The position numbers and the translations under genes are program-made. This document shows positions 19,695 to 29,743 of a stretch of DNA of 64,000 nt, one piece after another (positions within the stretch are counted from its first letter, which is position 1; each line of letters begins with the position of its first letter). This DNA comes from Sedimentisphaerales bacterium (GTDB taxonomy: Bacteria > Planctomycetota > Phycisphaerae > Sedimentisphaerales > Anaerobacaceae): NCBI GenBank assembly GCA_963708075.1, contig OY970194.1, positions 608,001-672,000 of the forward strand, in the 5' to 3' direction. Below the pieces are notes generated by a model. That model worked only from the letters and a program-made list of their open reading frames with translations. It was not told where the DNA came from and ran no database searches.

Positions 19695-21950
19695 ATGAAG
19701 ATTGGGAATGCAATGTGCGTTCTGTTCCTGACAGCGGCTGTTGTCTCGTCCAGGGCATTGCCGCAAGAGAGTCAATCAGGGCAAGTTGTTGTCGCGGAGT
19801 TGATGAAATCCGTGCCGCCGGACTTCCCGCGGTTCACGTTTGCAGGCCACACGGAACAGGCGGACCTGCTCACGCACTATCTGTGGTACCATTTCAATCA
19901 TCGGCTTGGCAACGGCCTGACTCTCTTTAACCAGGAGTACCTGCTGACCTCGGACATCTGGCTGGCTAATGCCCGTCCGAGGGGCTCAGATCAACCCATC
20001 CAGGAAGTGCACCGCTCCATGCTCCTCGGCATGCAGATGGATGAGGAGGGATACGTGCTGACGCACCAGCACTTCTCGCATGCTCACGACCACGGCTGGC
20101 CGTTTCCGCTCTGGACCCAGTCGGACAACCACCCGGACCGGGTCAAGGGCAAGACTTTCGGCTGGCATTTCCAGCCGCTGGATAAGGTGCCGGGCTGGGT
20201 GGGCGATCATCTCCGGCATTGGAAGCAGGACGAGTACGCGGGCGAGAAGGCGGCGTCGCTTTGGGAATTGCACAATGCACGCTCCCTCGGCATCCAGGAT
20301 AACCGCTGGCGTCTGGAAGCCGCCGGCCCGTCGCCGACAATTGTTACGCCGCAGGGGTACGCCATCGACGCGTTCAACGCACCGTATCTGCAATTGCGCT
20401 GGATGCGTGCGGGCAACGCGAAGGATCACACGCTGCCTTATGTGGAGTGGTTACGCGAAGGGGAGAGTGAATTCGGTCCTGACCGGCGGGTCTATTTCCG
20501 TCCTGAGAAGACGCCTTTATCGAGTGATTTCTATCATTCGATCATGGCCATGCACAGGCATCCCAAGTGGACAGGGAGGATTGAGCGCATTCGCATCTGC
20601 CTGGCACCGGGCGAATCCGAGGGCAAGTTCGAGATCGATTCATTCTTCACCGCATACGACACTCGGCACTCCATCAACAACCCCATCTTCATCCTGGCCG
20701 GCGCGAGATACTTCAGTTGGACGGGCGATGTCGATTTCCTGCGCCGGCAGATCGATCGGATGCGGCTTGCCCTTCGATACCAGCAGACCGTTATGGGCGG
20801 CCTGGAGCGCAATCACATCCGCAATCCCTGGCCCGGCCACGACGGTCTGGCAGGCTTCACCAGGGACTCCGACGGCAAGGTGACGATCCGAGGCGGGCAC
20901 GGCATCGGCAACAACTACTGGGACCTGATGCCCTTCGGGTGGGATGATCTGTACGCCACGAACCAGTACTACGCCGCCACCGTGGCTATGGCCGATATCG
21001 AGCAGGCTATCGAGGAGCATCCAGGCTGGGACGTGCCTCTGGGTGCGATGAAGATGGATCCTCGCTGGCTGCGGGAGCATGCCGCCGACGTGAAAAGAAC
21101 GGCAAACGAGCTGTTCTGGAACGGCGACACGGGCCGGTTCTTCGCCTGCATCGACAAGGAGGGCCGCCGGTATGACTACGGCTATACATTCCTCAATCTC
21201 GATGCAATCTGGTACGGTCTGACCGCAGACGAGCACGCGAGTTCCATTGTGGATTGGGTCAGTGGCAAAAGGATTGTGCAGGGCGACACATCCCAGGGGC
21301 AGGACATCTACCACTGGCGTTTCGGACCACGAGCCACGACTCTCCGAAACGTGGATTGGTACGGCCAAGGCTGGTACGCGCCGGAATCGATCCCCTGGGG
21401 GGGCCAGGTGCAGGATGGCGGGGCGGTGCTCGGCTTCAGCTTCTACGACCTGTGGGCAAGGCTCAGGGTTCTCGGGCCGGAGGACTGCTGGCAACGGCTT
21501 ACGGCGATCCTCGAATGGGAGAAAGAGGTGCACGCGGCGGGGGGCTATCGCAAGTACTACGAGGGCGGCAAGCGAGGCACGACTCTGCAGGGCGGCGGCA
21601 CGGCAGGGGGGATCGGGATCGACTATGAGTTCTACGAGAGCAGCCTGGTCCCTTCGATCATCGCTTATGGCTTTCTGGGCTTGGAGGCCACTCCGACCGG
21701 CATCCTCCGTATCCGGCCGCAATTACCCAGGGCTTGCCCGGAGATGGGCCTGAACAATCTTCTTTACCATGGTACTTGCATGGACATAAGCACGCGCAAC
21801 GACCGGATTAAGATCACTTTGAAAGACTCGCCTGTCGATCCAGTGATGCTTGCCCTTGATGACCAGTGGCGAGGCGATGGGGTCGAGCGAGCAGACGGTG
21901 TGTTCTTCCTGACCAAAGCAGGGACGCACCTGTTTCAACGGAATGAGTGA
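19695..21950 (+). CDS. Secreted putative (alpha/alpha)6 glycoside hydrolase-like protein
   Basis: Signal peptide; YFSWTGDVDFL, NNYWD, YATNQYY, FWNGDTGRF, C-terminal 'LRIRPQLP' beta-sandwich typical of six-hairpin glycosidases. Confidence 0.6.
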   Translation: MKIGNAMCVLFLTAAVVSSRALPQESQSGQVVVAELMKSVPPDFPRFTFAGHTEQADLLTHYLWYHFNHRLGNGLTLFNQEYLLTSDIWLANARPRGSDQPIQEVHRSMLLGMQMDEEGYVLTHQHFSHAHDHGWPFPLWTQSDNHPDRVKGKTFGWHFQPLDKVPGWVGDHLRHWKQDEYAGEKAASLWELHNARSLGIQDNRWRLEAAGPSPTIVTPQGYAIDAFNAPYLQLRWMRAGNAKDHTLPYVEWLREGESEFGPDRRVYFRPEKTPLSSDFYHSIMAMHRHPKWTGRIERIRICLAPGESEGKFEIDSFFTAYDTRHSINNPIFILAGARYFSWTGDVDFLRRQIDRMRLALRYQQTVMGGLERNHIRNPWPGHDGLAGFTRDSDGKVTIRGGHGIGNNYWDLMPFGWDDLYATNQYYAATVAMADIEQAIEEHPGWDVPLGAMKMDPRWLREHAADVKRTANELFWNGDTGRFFACIDKEGRRYDYGYTFLNLDAIWYGLTADEHASSIVDWVSGKRIVQGDTSQGQDIYHWRFGPRATTLRNVDWYGQGWYAPESIPWGGQVQDGGAVLGFSFYDLWARLRVLGPEDCWQRLTAILEWEKEVHAAGGYRKYYEGGKRGTTLQGGGTAGGIGIDYEFYESSLVPSIIAYGFLGLEATPTGILRIRPQLPRACPEMGLNNLLYHGTCMDISTRNDRIKITLKDSPVDPVMLALDDQWRGDGVERADGVFFLTKAGTHLFQRNE

Positions 21951-22616
21951 TCACGACCGCCGCAGATCGGAAAGCCGCAGTGCATTTTCTTTCGTATATG
22001 TGCCCACGCGGGTCCGCTCCAGGGTGTCCGCGTATCCGCCGGTGCCGAGCATCTCGCCCAGGTCGCGGGCCAGCGACCGCACGTAGAATCCCGGACCGGT
22101 TACCAGCCTTACATCCACAAAGGGCCAGGCATACGCGAGCAGCTCAATGTGCTTCGTTTCGACCTGTCTGAGCGGCAAATCCGTGGATTTGTGTGCCCTC
22201 GACAGCTTGTAGGCCCGTTTTCCGCCCACCTTGACGGCGGAGAAGGCGGGAGGACGTTGCTGGATTATCCCTTCAAAGCTCTTCAGAGCCTGTCGGACCT
22301 GGTCCTCGGAGGGAATCTGAGAGACCGGGACCTGCGTCTTTCGCCCCTCGAGATCATCTGAAGCGCTTCGCCATCCCAGCTTGATGCGGACCACATATTC
22401 CTTCTCTTTTCCAACAATGGCAGCGAGCGTTCGGGTGACGGCTCTCCCTACGCCAATGACCATGACGCCCTTGGCACAGGGGTCGAGGGTGCCGGCGTGA
22501 CCAACTCGCCTCTCGCCGGTATATCTCCGGATGGCGTTGACAATGTCATGCGAGCTGTACCCCTCTTCTTTATATATGGCCACAATACCATCGTTTATCA
22601 GATTGCTTTCAGACAT
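21951..22616 (-). CDS. truB: tRNA pseudouridine(55) synthase, short form lacking the PUA domain
   Basis: VGHAGTLDP, KEKEY, QRPPAFSAVKVGG, GFYVRSLARDLG, LERTRVG. Confidence 0.9.
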   Translation of the reverse strand: MSESNLINDGIVAIYKEEGYSSHDIVNAIRRYTGERRVGHAGTLDPCAKGVMVIGVGRAVTRTLAAIVGKEKEYVVRIKLGWRSASDDLEGRKTQVPVSQIPSEDQVRQALKSFEGIIQQRPPAFSAVKVGGKRAYKLSRAHKSTDLPLRQVETKHIELLAYAWPFVDVRLVTGPGFYVRSLARDLGEMLGTGGYADTLERTRVGTYTKENALRLSDLRRS

Positions 22617-22850
22617 TTGTACCTGCACTAACCGAGATTACAGGCCCGACAGCGGACGGATTCATCCATTCCTGCAGGCCGAATCCATGGTAGCACAAAT
22701 CTGCGGCCAGTGGTATAGTTGAGTCTATGTGGCGCTCACCCAGGCTGCAGACCTCGCCGGTAAGGGCTTGAATTGCCGCAGGTCCATCCAATACAATAGC
22801 ACCGAAGAGACAAGTGAATCGAGGGTAGAGCCTTTTGAAGGAGGATTGAT

Positions 22851-24134
22851 ATGGCGCCGGCAATGAATTCATCACGACCGCGAAGCACGCTCGTCGTCCG
22901 TTGGTCTCGCCACCTTGCCCTTGCACCGATCGTCGCGGGCCTTCTCGTTTCCGTTGCCGCGGGCAAGTACGGCGGGGGCACCGGCTCCGTGGACAACCCG
23001 TACGTGATTCTCACTGCAGAGGATTTGGACCTCCTGGGCAGCAGCCAGGGCGACTGGAACAAGAGCTTCCGATTGGGCGCGGACATCGATCTGAAGGACT
23101 GCAACGAGACGAACTTCCACCTGATCGGCTCCTGGGGGTCATGGGGCGATCCCACCAATAAGCCATTCAGCGGCAAGTTCGACGGGAATGGGCGGACTAT
23201 CTCGAATCTCCGCTACCGGGATATGAAGGGAAGCGGGATCGGCTTATTTCGGTACGTCGACATGGGTGATATCAGGAACCTGCGGCTCAAGAATGTGAAG
23301 ATTGTCACTGAGGGCACTTATATCGGCTCACTCGTGGGATACTTCGAAGATGGCGGCATCATTGACTGTCATGTGACAGGAGTAGATGTCACCGGAAAGA
23401 GCCACGTGGGTGGTATGGTCGGAAGCGCGGATGGGTTTATCTCACAGTGTTCCTCGCGGGGACGCGTCGCCGGGATCCTGTATGTTGGCGGGTTGGCCGG
23501 TCAGGTGGGCCAAGGGACCATCAAGCAATCCTACTCAAAAGCGTCGGTTTCGGGAAATGACAGCGTCGGTGGGCTCGTCGGAGTCGTTCTCCAGGAGACG
23601 AGCGCCGTCGATAGCTGTTACGCGAACGGCGCCGTCGACGGGGTCATGTATGTCGGCGGACTCGTCGGGCAGATTGGTTCCGGCAGAGTGTACAAATCCT
23701 ATTCGACCGGGGCGGTGAGCGGAAGCCAGGCCACGGGAGGGCTCGTCGGGAACATGAGAGTGCTTGGAGACGTGATCCTGTCATTCTGGGATGCCCAGAC
23801 GAGCGGTCAGACAGCTGGCGCCGGCGGGACGCCGAAGAACACCCCCGAGATGTGGTCCGCCAATACCTTCGCCGGCTGGGATTTCAATTTCACGTGGTCT
23901 ATTTGCGAGGGCCGGAACTACCCGGTTTTCTGGTGGCAGGTGCCCACTGCCGATTTGCGTTGCCCGGATGGAGTGCATTGGATTGATTTCGCGTTGTTTG
24001 CCATGCAGTGGGAGCGCCACGATTGCACCGCCGTGAATGACAATTGCGATTGGGCGGATTTCGACGGGTCTGGCGATGTGGGATTTCCGGATCTGGCCAT
24101 TCTGGCCGAGGAGTGGCTGACAGGGATGTATTGA
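22851..24134 (+). CDS. Secreted GLUG-motif protein with C-terminal dockerin-like domain
   Basis: YGGGTGSVDNPYVI, FSGKFDGNG, repeated VGGLVG; ADFDGSGDVGFPDLAILAEEWL. Confidence 0.8.
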   Translation: MAPAMNSSRPRSTLVVRWSRHLALAPIVAGLLVSVAAGKYGGGTGSVDNPYVILTAEDLDLLGSSQGDWNKSFRLGADIDLKDCNETNFHLIGSWGSWGDPTNKPFSGKFDGNGRTISNLRYRDMKGSGIGLFRYVDMGDIRNLRLKNVKIVTEGTYIGSLVGYFEDGGIIDCHVTGVDVTGKSHVGGMVGSADGFISQCSSRGRVAGILYVGGLAGQVGQGTIKQSYSKASVSGNDSVGGLVGVVLQETSAVDSCYANGAVDGVMYVGGLVGQIGSGRVYKSYSTGAVSGSQATGGLVGNMRVLGDVILSFWDAQTSGQTAGAGGTPKNTPEMWSANTFAGWDFNFTWSICEGRNYPVFWWQVPTADLRCPDGVHWIDFALFAMQWERHDCTAVNDNCDWADFDGSGDVGFPDLAILAEEWLTGMY

Positions 24135-24165
24135 GATGGGTAAAGCGGGAAGGGGGGCCGGATCT

Positions 24166-24918
24166 ATGGACGACTCGGGCGTCTCTTTATCGGGGAAAAC
24201 GGCGTTGGTCACCGGGGCCGCCAAGCGTATTGGCAGAGCTATAGCTCTGGCCTTGGCGCAGAACGGCGCCCGTGTCGTGGTGCACCACAATCGTTCCGAG
24301 CAGGACGCGGCGGCTCTGTGCGAGGAGATCGAGGGGATCGGCGTTTCAGCGTGGATGGTCAAGGGGGACTTGGTGGACCCGAGCCGGACGGAGGCGGTTT
24401 TCAAGGAGGCAGTGGACCAGGCCGGGCCCATCGACATCCTGGTCAACAACGCGTCCATCTTCGAGGTGGAGACCATCTGGGAGACGACCGATGAGTCCCT
24501 GTGCAGGAACATGCGTATTCACACCACGGCCGCACTGATCCTGTCCAGGAATCTGGCGAAACAGCAAAGGCCCGGCCATATCATCAACCTGCTGGATACG
24601 CGTGTCGTTACCTATGACAAGGAACATGTCTCCTATCACATCAGCAAGCGAGCATTGTTGACGTTGACTCGCATCCTGGCGCTGGAGCTGGCTCCGGAGA
24701 TCGCCGTCAACGCGGTGGCTCCGGGGCTGATCCTGCCGTCCGCCTGGCAGGATGAGAGCTACCTGGAGAAGCTGGCCCCGACGACGCCGTTGCGGCGTCA
24801 CGGCAGCCCGGCCGATGTCGTCGAAGCGGTGTTGTTTCTGCTGCGCAGCCGCTTCATCACGGGACAGATCATCTACGTGGACGGCGGATACCACATGAGG
24901 GGACACCTCTATGACTGA
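24166..24918 (+). CDS. SDR oxidoreductase (pteridine reductase/FolM-like)
   Basis: TGAAKRIG, LVNNAS, YHISK; overlaps folB. Confidence 0.85.
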   Translation: MDDSGVSLSGKTALVTGAAKRIGRAIALALAQNGARVVVHHNRSEQDAAALCEEIEGIGVSAWMVKGDLVDPSRTEAVFKEAVDQAGPIDILVNNASIFEVETIWETTDESLCRNMRIHTTAALILSRNLAKQQRPGHIINLLDTRVVTYDKEHVSYHISKRALLTLTRILALELAPEIAVNAVAPGLILPSAWQDESYLEKLAPTTPLRRHGSPADVVEAVLFLLRSRFITGQIIYVDGGYHMRGHLYD

Positions 24919-25303
24919 CGCTCCCAGGGAGCCGCCGCTCGACCAGATCCTCATTCGCGATTTGCAGTTTCGCTGCATCGTAGGCATCGACCCGGAGGAA
25001 CGCCGCGACAAACAGGATATTACGGCACAAATCACGCTGGATGTGGATTTGCGCAAGGCGTGCAGGACGGATGCCATCGAGGACACTGTTGACTACAGAG
25101 CCTTGAAGAAGGACATCTTGCACATGGCCGAGAATTCCCAGTTCAACCTCATCGAGGCCCTGGCCGAGAGTATCGCGGATATCTGTCTGGCACGCGATCG
25201 AGTCGAACGGGTGGAGGTCGTCATTGAGAAACCCGGGGCACTGCGGTTTGCGAGAACGGTCGCCGTGCGGGTTGTTCGTACGCCCGCCGACCGCGCCCCG
25301 TGA
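24911..25303 (+). CDS. folB: Dihydroneopterin aldolase
   Basis: IVGIDPEER..Q, TVDY, LIEALAE, IEKPGA. Confidence 0.9.
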   Translation: MTDAPREPPLDQILIRDLQFRCIVGIDPEERRDKQDITAQITLDVDLRKACRTDAIEDTVDYRALKKDILHMAENSQFNLIEALAESIADICLARDRVERVEVVIEKPGALRFARTVAVRVVRTPADRAP

Positions 25304-25357
25304 GGAACGGGAGAACGCCATCACGATTGTTACCACAGGAAAACCTGCGTGCGCATG

Positions 25358-25388
25358 AAAAGGGGCCCCGGCCGAGCGCCGGGACCCC
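25358..25388 (-). terminator. Intrinsic terminator after the BON-domain gene
   Basis: Minus strand GGGGTCCCGG-loop-CCGGGGCCCC-TTTT. Confidence 0.6.
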
Positions 25389-25414
25389 GTGGTGACTGAT
25401 GCTGGTTAGTACGT

Positions 25415-28412
25415 TCAGGACTGATCGGGATCATCCATTTCACTACTCGATCCCGTGTCCTGTTGCGACGTGTCGTCCTCTCCCGAGGTGTATCCGAAAG
25501 GAGGAAACGCGCCCCGAGCAGTGCTGACGGTGAGGTCATTCTGTACCGACTGCACGCCGCTGATGGACTTGGCAACCTGCTCAGCCTGTTCCTTTTGGTT
25601 TTGGTTCTGCACGGTTCCATGCAGCATGGCTTTGCGCTGGCTGATCGTCACATGGATGTTCGAGCCGGGGAACTGCCGCTGAAGCTGCTGCTGGACCCGC
25701 TGAGCGAGCCTTCGTTCCGTGGAGGTCGTGGACATCTGCTGTTGCTGCCCCATGTCCATGGTGGTCTGCCGCTGCTGTGGCTGGCCCAGAATCATCAGGT
25801 CATTACGGATGTTCCTTGACCCACTGACAGACCGGGCGATCTGTTCTACCTGCTGCTTCGTGTTCTGATCCTGGGCAGTCCCATGCAGCATGACCGTGCC
25901 CTCGCTGACCATCACGTTGATGGCCTGCGGATCCAATACGTAGACGATCTCGCTGCTGGGCAGTTGCTGCTGCAATTCGAGTGCGACTTGATAAGCCAGT
26001 ACTTTGTCAGACGTACTGGTTTGTTGGAAGCCGGCCTGCGACTGTCCCAGTTGTCCCGTCGTGGACTGCTGCCCATAGGTGGACTGCTGTCCGGTCGTCG
26101 ACTGCTGGCCTCTGACGGTGACGTTGTTCTGCACGTTCTCAATGCCGCTGATGGATTGAGCAATCTGCTCGGCCTGTTGCTTCTGGTTCTGGTCGCGGAC
26201 AGATCCCTGGAGGGTGGCTGTCCCCTGGCTGACCGTCACGGTGATATTGGCCCCGGACAACTGCTGGCGGATCTGCTGATCGATCTGCTGAGCCATGTTC
26301 CTGTCCGAGGTGGTCATCTGCTGCCCGGTCCCCATGGCAGACCTGCCTGTCGTCGTGCTTGGTTGCTCGGGGGTATACCCGAGAGGCGGGAAGGCGCCGG
26401 CCTCTCCGGCGACGATGAGCTGGTTCTGCACGTTCTGCACGCCGCTGATGGAACGAGCGATCTGCTCGGCCTGCTGCTTCAGGTTTCTGTCCTGGACATG
26501 CCCGTGCAGTGTGACCGTGTTCTGATTGACGACCACATAGATGGCATGCGGATCAAGGACGTGGATGTTCTGAACGTTCGGAAGCTGCCGCTGCAGTTCC
26601 AGCGCGATCCTCTGGGCCAGAACCATGTCAGAGGTGCTCGTCCGTGACCGTCCCATCTGTCGTCCTTGAGCGGTGTCACCGGTGTCCTGCCACTGGCTCT
26701 CATCGGATTCACTGGGGGTATAGCCATAGGAGGGGTAGGAGCCTTCATCTTCCTGATTGCCGGATCGCCCGCTCATCGAGCGGTTGGATGAACCTCCGCG
26801 GGTCTGGTACACCACGTTTTGCGTAGTGTATCCGTCGCTCGTAGACTGATCCGATGTACTACCCTGAGTGCCGACTCTACCACTTGTGGACTGGTCGGTG
26901 CCGTAGCCGTAAGACGGATAGGAGCCTTCGCCCTCGCGTCCCGGAGTCGTCTGGCCGCTGATTGTAATCCGGTTCCGGACAGACGTGGCCCCGGCTTCAT
27001 AGACGCTGTTGATTGCGGCAACAAGTTCTCCGAAACTATCGACTTGCCCGCTCAGCGTGGCTGTACCATTGCGAACGCTGACGCGAACCCTGTCCGCATT
27101 CTCCAGGAACGGGCTCGACTGCAGCTCCTCTGTGATGTTGGTTCTGACGGTGGAATCGTCCTGCCTCTGCATTCCTCTGGTCGACACAATCAGGTTGTTC
27201 TGGACTCGCTGGATGCCGGATATTTCCTTGGCCAGCGAGGTGGCCTGATCCTTGTCGTTCTGATTCTGCGCCCTGCCAAAGAGGAATACCTTGTTGCCCG
27301 CCACGAGCACGGTGACATCCTCAAGACCCTGGATATCGCTCTTCAGTCCGGAGGTCAACTCCTGCTCCTGGCGATGATCTTCACTGGTTTGCCGCCAACG
27401 ATCGCGGCCGGTCATGCGACCGTATTGACCGGTCCTGCCACGATCCATGTCGCTCTGGTAGCGGGACCTGTCATCAGCGATCGTACTGCTGGTCCTGGTC
27501 GTACGTGCTCGGGGCCTGGTATCCGTACTGCCCGTACTGATCCTGTTGACTCTGCCGGCTCGTGCTGGAACGGCTCTGATCTTGCCAATCGGCTACGTAC
27601 CGAGACCGATCCTGCTGACCGGCTGCATAACCACCCTGGCTCTGCTGACCGGCGCCGTAGCGGCCTTGGCCCGTCTGGCCGCGACCTTGATCCGTGCCCA
27701 TGCGTCCATAGCCGCGGTCCATCTGGCCCGTCGTGATCTGGCTCACGATGTAGGAGGCGCCGGCATTGAATGCGGCGTGAATCGCATCGGCCATGGCGAT
27801 CCAGTCGTTTACCTGTCCACGAAGAATGATGCGTCCATTGCGGGCCTGGACCTGGATATTCCGGCCCATGCCGTTAGGAAGGCGGCTCAACTGCTGCCGA
27901 ATGTCCTGCTGGAGCTGGGTGTCGCTCTTGCGCCTTGCCTGGCTGAGCACGACAATGCGGTTATCCACCTGTCCCACGCCGGACACCTGCAGGCTGATCT
28001 GCTCCGCCTGCTGCTTTTCATTCTGATCGGGTGTTGCTCCGAGCAGAATGACGCGGTTGCCCACCGCCAGGACGAGGAGCTGGCCCTGCTGACCGAGTCC
28101 CTGATCGCGAAGCCGGCTGGCCACCTGTTTTTCCAGTTGCTGATTTCTGTTGGCCTGCATACCCTGCCGGCCTTGTGTGCCCATCTGCCCGCCGCGCTGA
28201 TAGCCCGGCTGTTGTGGCACCTGGGTGCCGGACTGCTGGTCCTGTGATCCCATCTGGTTGTCGGATTGGAATCCCGGCTGTTCTGATGTCTGATCATTGA
28301 ACTGTTGCTGGTTCTGTCCGGCATTGCCTGCCATTCCAGCCGCGACAACGAGGAAACCTGTTGCCAGGGCCGTGCATACCGGCATGAAACTCCGATTTCC
28401 AAGCGTTGCCAT
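25415..28412 (-). CDS. Gln-rich periplasmic protein with 8 BON domains (~1000 aa; frameshift near 27478)
   Basis: ORFs 27474-28412 (signal peptide, 2 BON) and 25415-27448 (6 BON) are offset by one base; the second frame reads ADDRSRYQSD into its ATG; BON motifs 'VTLHG.V......AEQIARSISGV..V.N.L.V'. Confidence 0.8.
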
Positions 28413-28430
28413 CGTTTACTCCTTCATTAC

Positions 28431-28511
28431 TCATGGATTCTCAACGTTATCATTCAAGTCCGCCAAATATCTGCGCGAACCTTCTCGTAGAGTCTTCTCT
28501 GTGCGTTTCAC
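28431..28511 (-). CDS. Candidate 26-aa small ORF upstream of the BON gene
   Basis: Strong SD AAGGAGGTGA (28521-28530) 9 nt before GTG; VKRTEKTLREGSRRYLADLNDNVENP*. Confidence 0.25.
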   Translation of the reverse strand: MKRTEKTLREGSRRYLADLNDNVENP

Positions 28512-28830
28512 CTCCCAGTCTCACCTCCTTTCCCCGTGATTGATGCGATCCTGATGAGGTTATCGCGTCGCATTCTCCATCCTTCATTCCATGCCTTCCT
28601 CATTCGTCGATTGGAATCCAAGTGAGAAGCGGCGACAATCAGTGTTCTCCTGATTCACAGGGTGGCGTATCCCCACAGGGTAGATAAGGTCACAACTGAT
28701 GATGCGCGGCGCATCGCGCAGCGATTGCCAGAGGCGGTGTTATGGCCGACTGAAAGTGTTCAGGTTGGGCGCACCATGCCTGCGGGCAGATCCTGTCGGA
28801 TTGCTTTGGTGGTGTGCCGAGCGCTGTGCT

Positions 28831-29631
28831 CTATGCGGTGCACGGCTGAAGCAGATTGCTCGTGATGTACCGGACGGCGTTGCGGAAGATCTTGATGCCG
28901 TCCGGGTCGAGGTCTTCTCCGCGGCGCGTCCAGTGTGGGTGCTGGGTCCGTCGGACGAACCGCTCGGGATGCGGCATGAGGCCGAGAATCCGGCCGGTGC
29001 TGTCCGTCAGGCCTGCGATGGACGCCATTGAGCCGTTGGGATTGATGGGGTAGGGGCCTTCCTCTCCATTTTCGTTCACGTATTTGAACGCGACGTAGCC
29101 CTCCGAAACAAGCTTCTGCAGGGTGTCATAGTCTTTCGCGATGATCTTGCCTTCTCCATGAGCCACAGGCACATAGATCAGACGCTCGGGTTCGAGGAAC
29201 ACGCAGCGGCTGGTCTGCGGCGACAGATACACCCAGCGGTCCTCGTACTTGCCGCTGTCGTTACAGGTGATGGTGACATCCTCCTGTCGAAAGCCGCCGT
29301 TGCCGGGAAGGATGCCCGTCTTGACCAGCACTTGGAAGCCGTTGCAGATCCCGAGCACGAGCTTGCCGTCGTCGATGAACTTACGGATTCGCTCCGGCAG
29401 GTGGTGCGCGACCTGGTTGGCGAGAATTCGGCCGGCCGCCACGTCGTCGCCATAGCTGAATCCCCCCGGGAAGACGAGGATGTGATACTGATCGAGCACC
29501 GCCGGCTCCTCAATCATCCGGTTGACATGGACCCGGTCCGCCTTGGCGCCCGCCAGCTCCAGTGCATACTGGGTCTCCGCGTCGCAATTCGTCCCTGCCG
29601 CTCGCACTACTATGGCTCGAACCTGTGTCAT
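28831..29631 (-). CDS. purQ: FGAM synthase glutaminase subunit
   Basis: GTNCD, PGGFSYGD, LGICNGFQ, AHGEG, NPNGS, MPHPER. Confidence 0.95.
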   Translation of the reverse strand: MTQVRAIVVRAAGTNCDAETQYALELAGAKADRVHVNRMIEEPAVLDQYHILVFPGGFSYGDDVAAGRILANQVAHHLPERIRKFIDDGKLVLGICNGFQVLVKTGILPGNGGFRQEDVTITCNDSGKYEDRWVYLSPQTSRCVFLEPERLIYVPVAHGEGKIIAKDYDTLQKLVSEGYVAFKYVNENGEEGPYPINPNGSMASIAGLTDSTGRILGLMPHPERFVRRTQHPHWTRRGEDLDPDGIKIFRNAVRYITSNLLQPCTA

Positions 29632-29646
29632 CGCAGATCCTCTTGT

Positions 29647-29679
29647 GATTTACAATTTACAATTTACGATTTTCGATTT
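29647..29679. repeat. Heptamer array (RATTTAC)n
   Basis: gatttac aatttac aatttac gattttc gattt, just upstream of the purQ SD. Confidence 0.75.
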
Positions 29680-29743
29680 GCTCACGCATGCCCAGGCGTG
29701 GCCGGGATACACCCAGCAAGTCATAACTCGTGGATTTAGTCTG

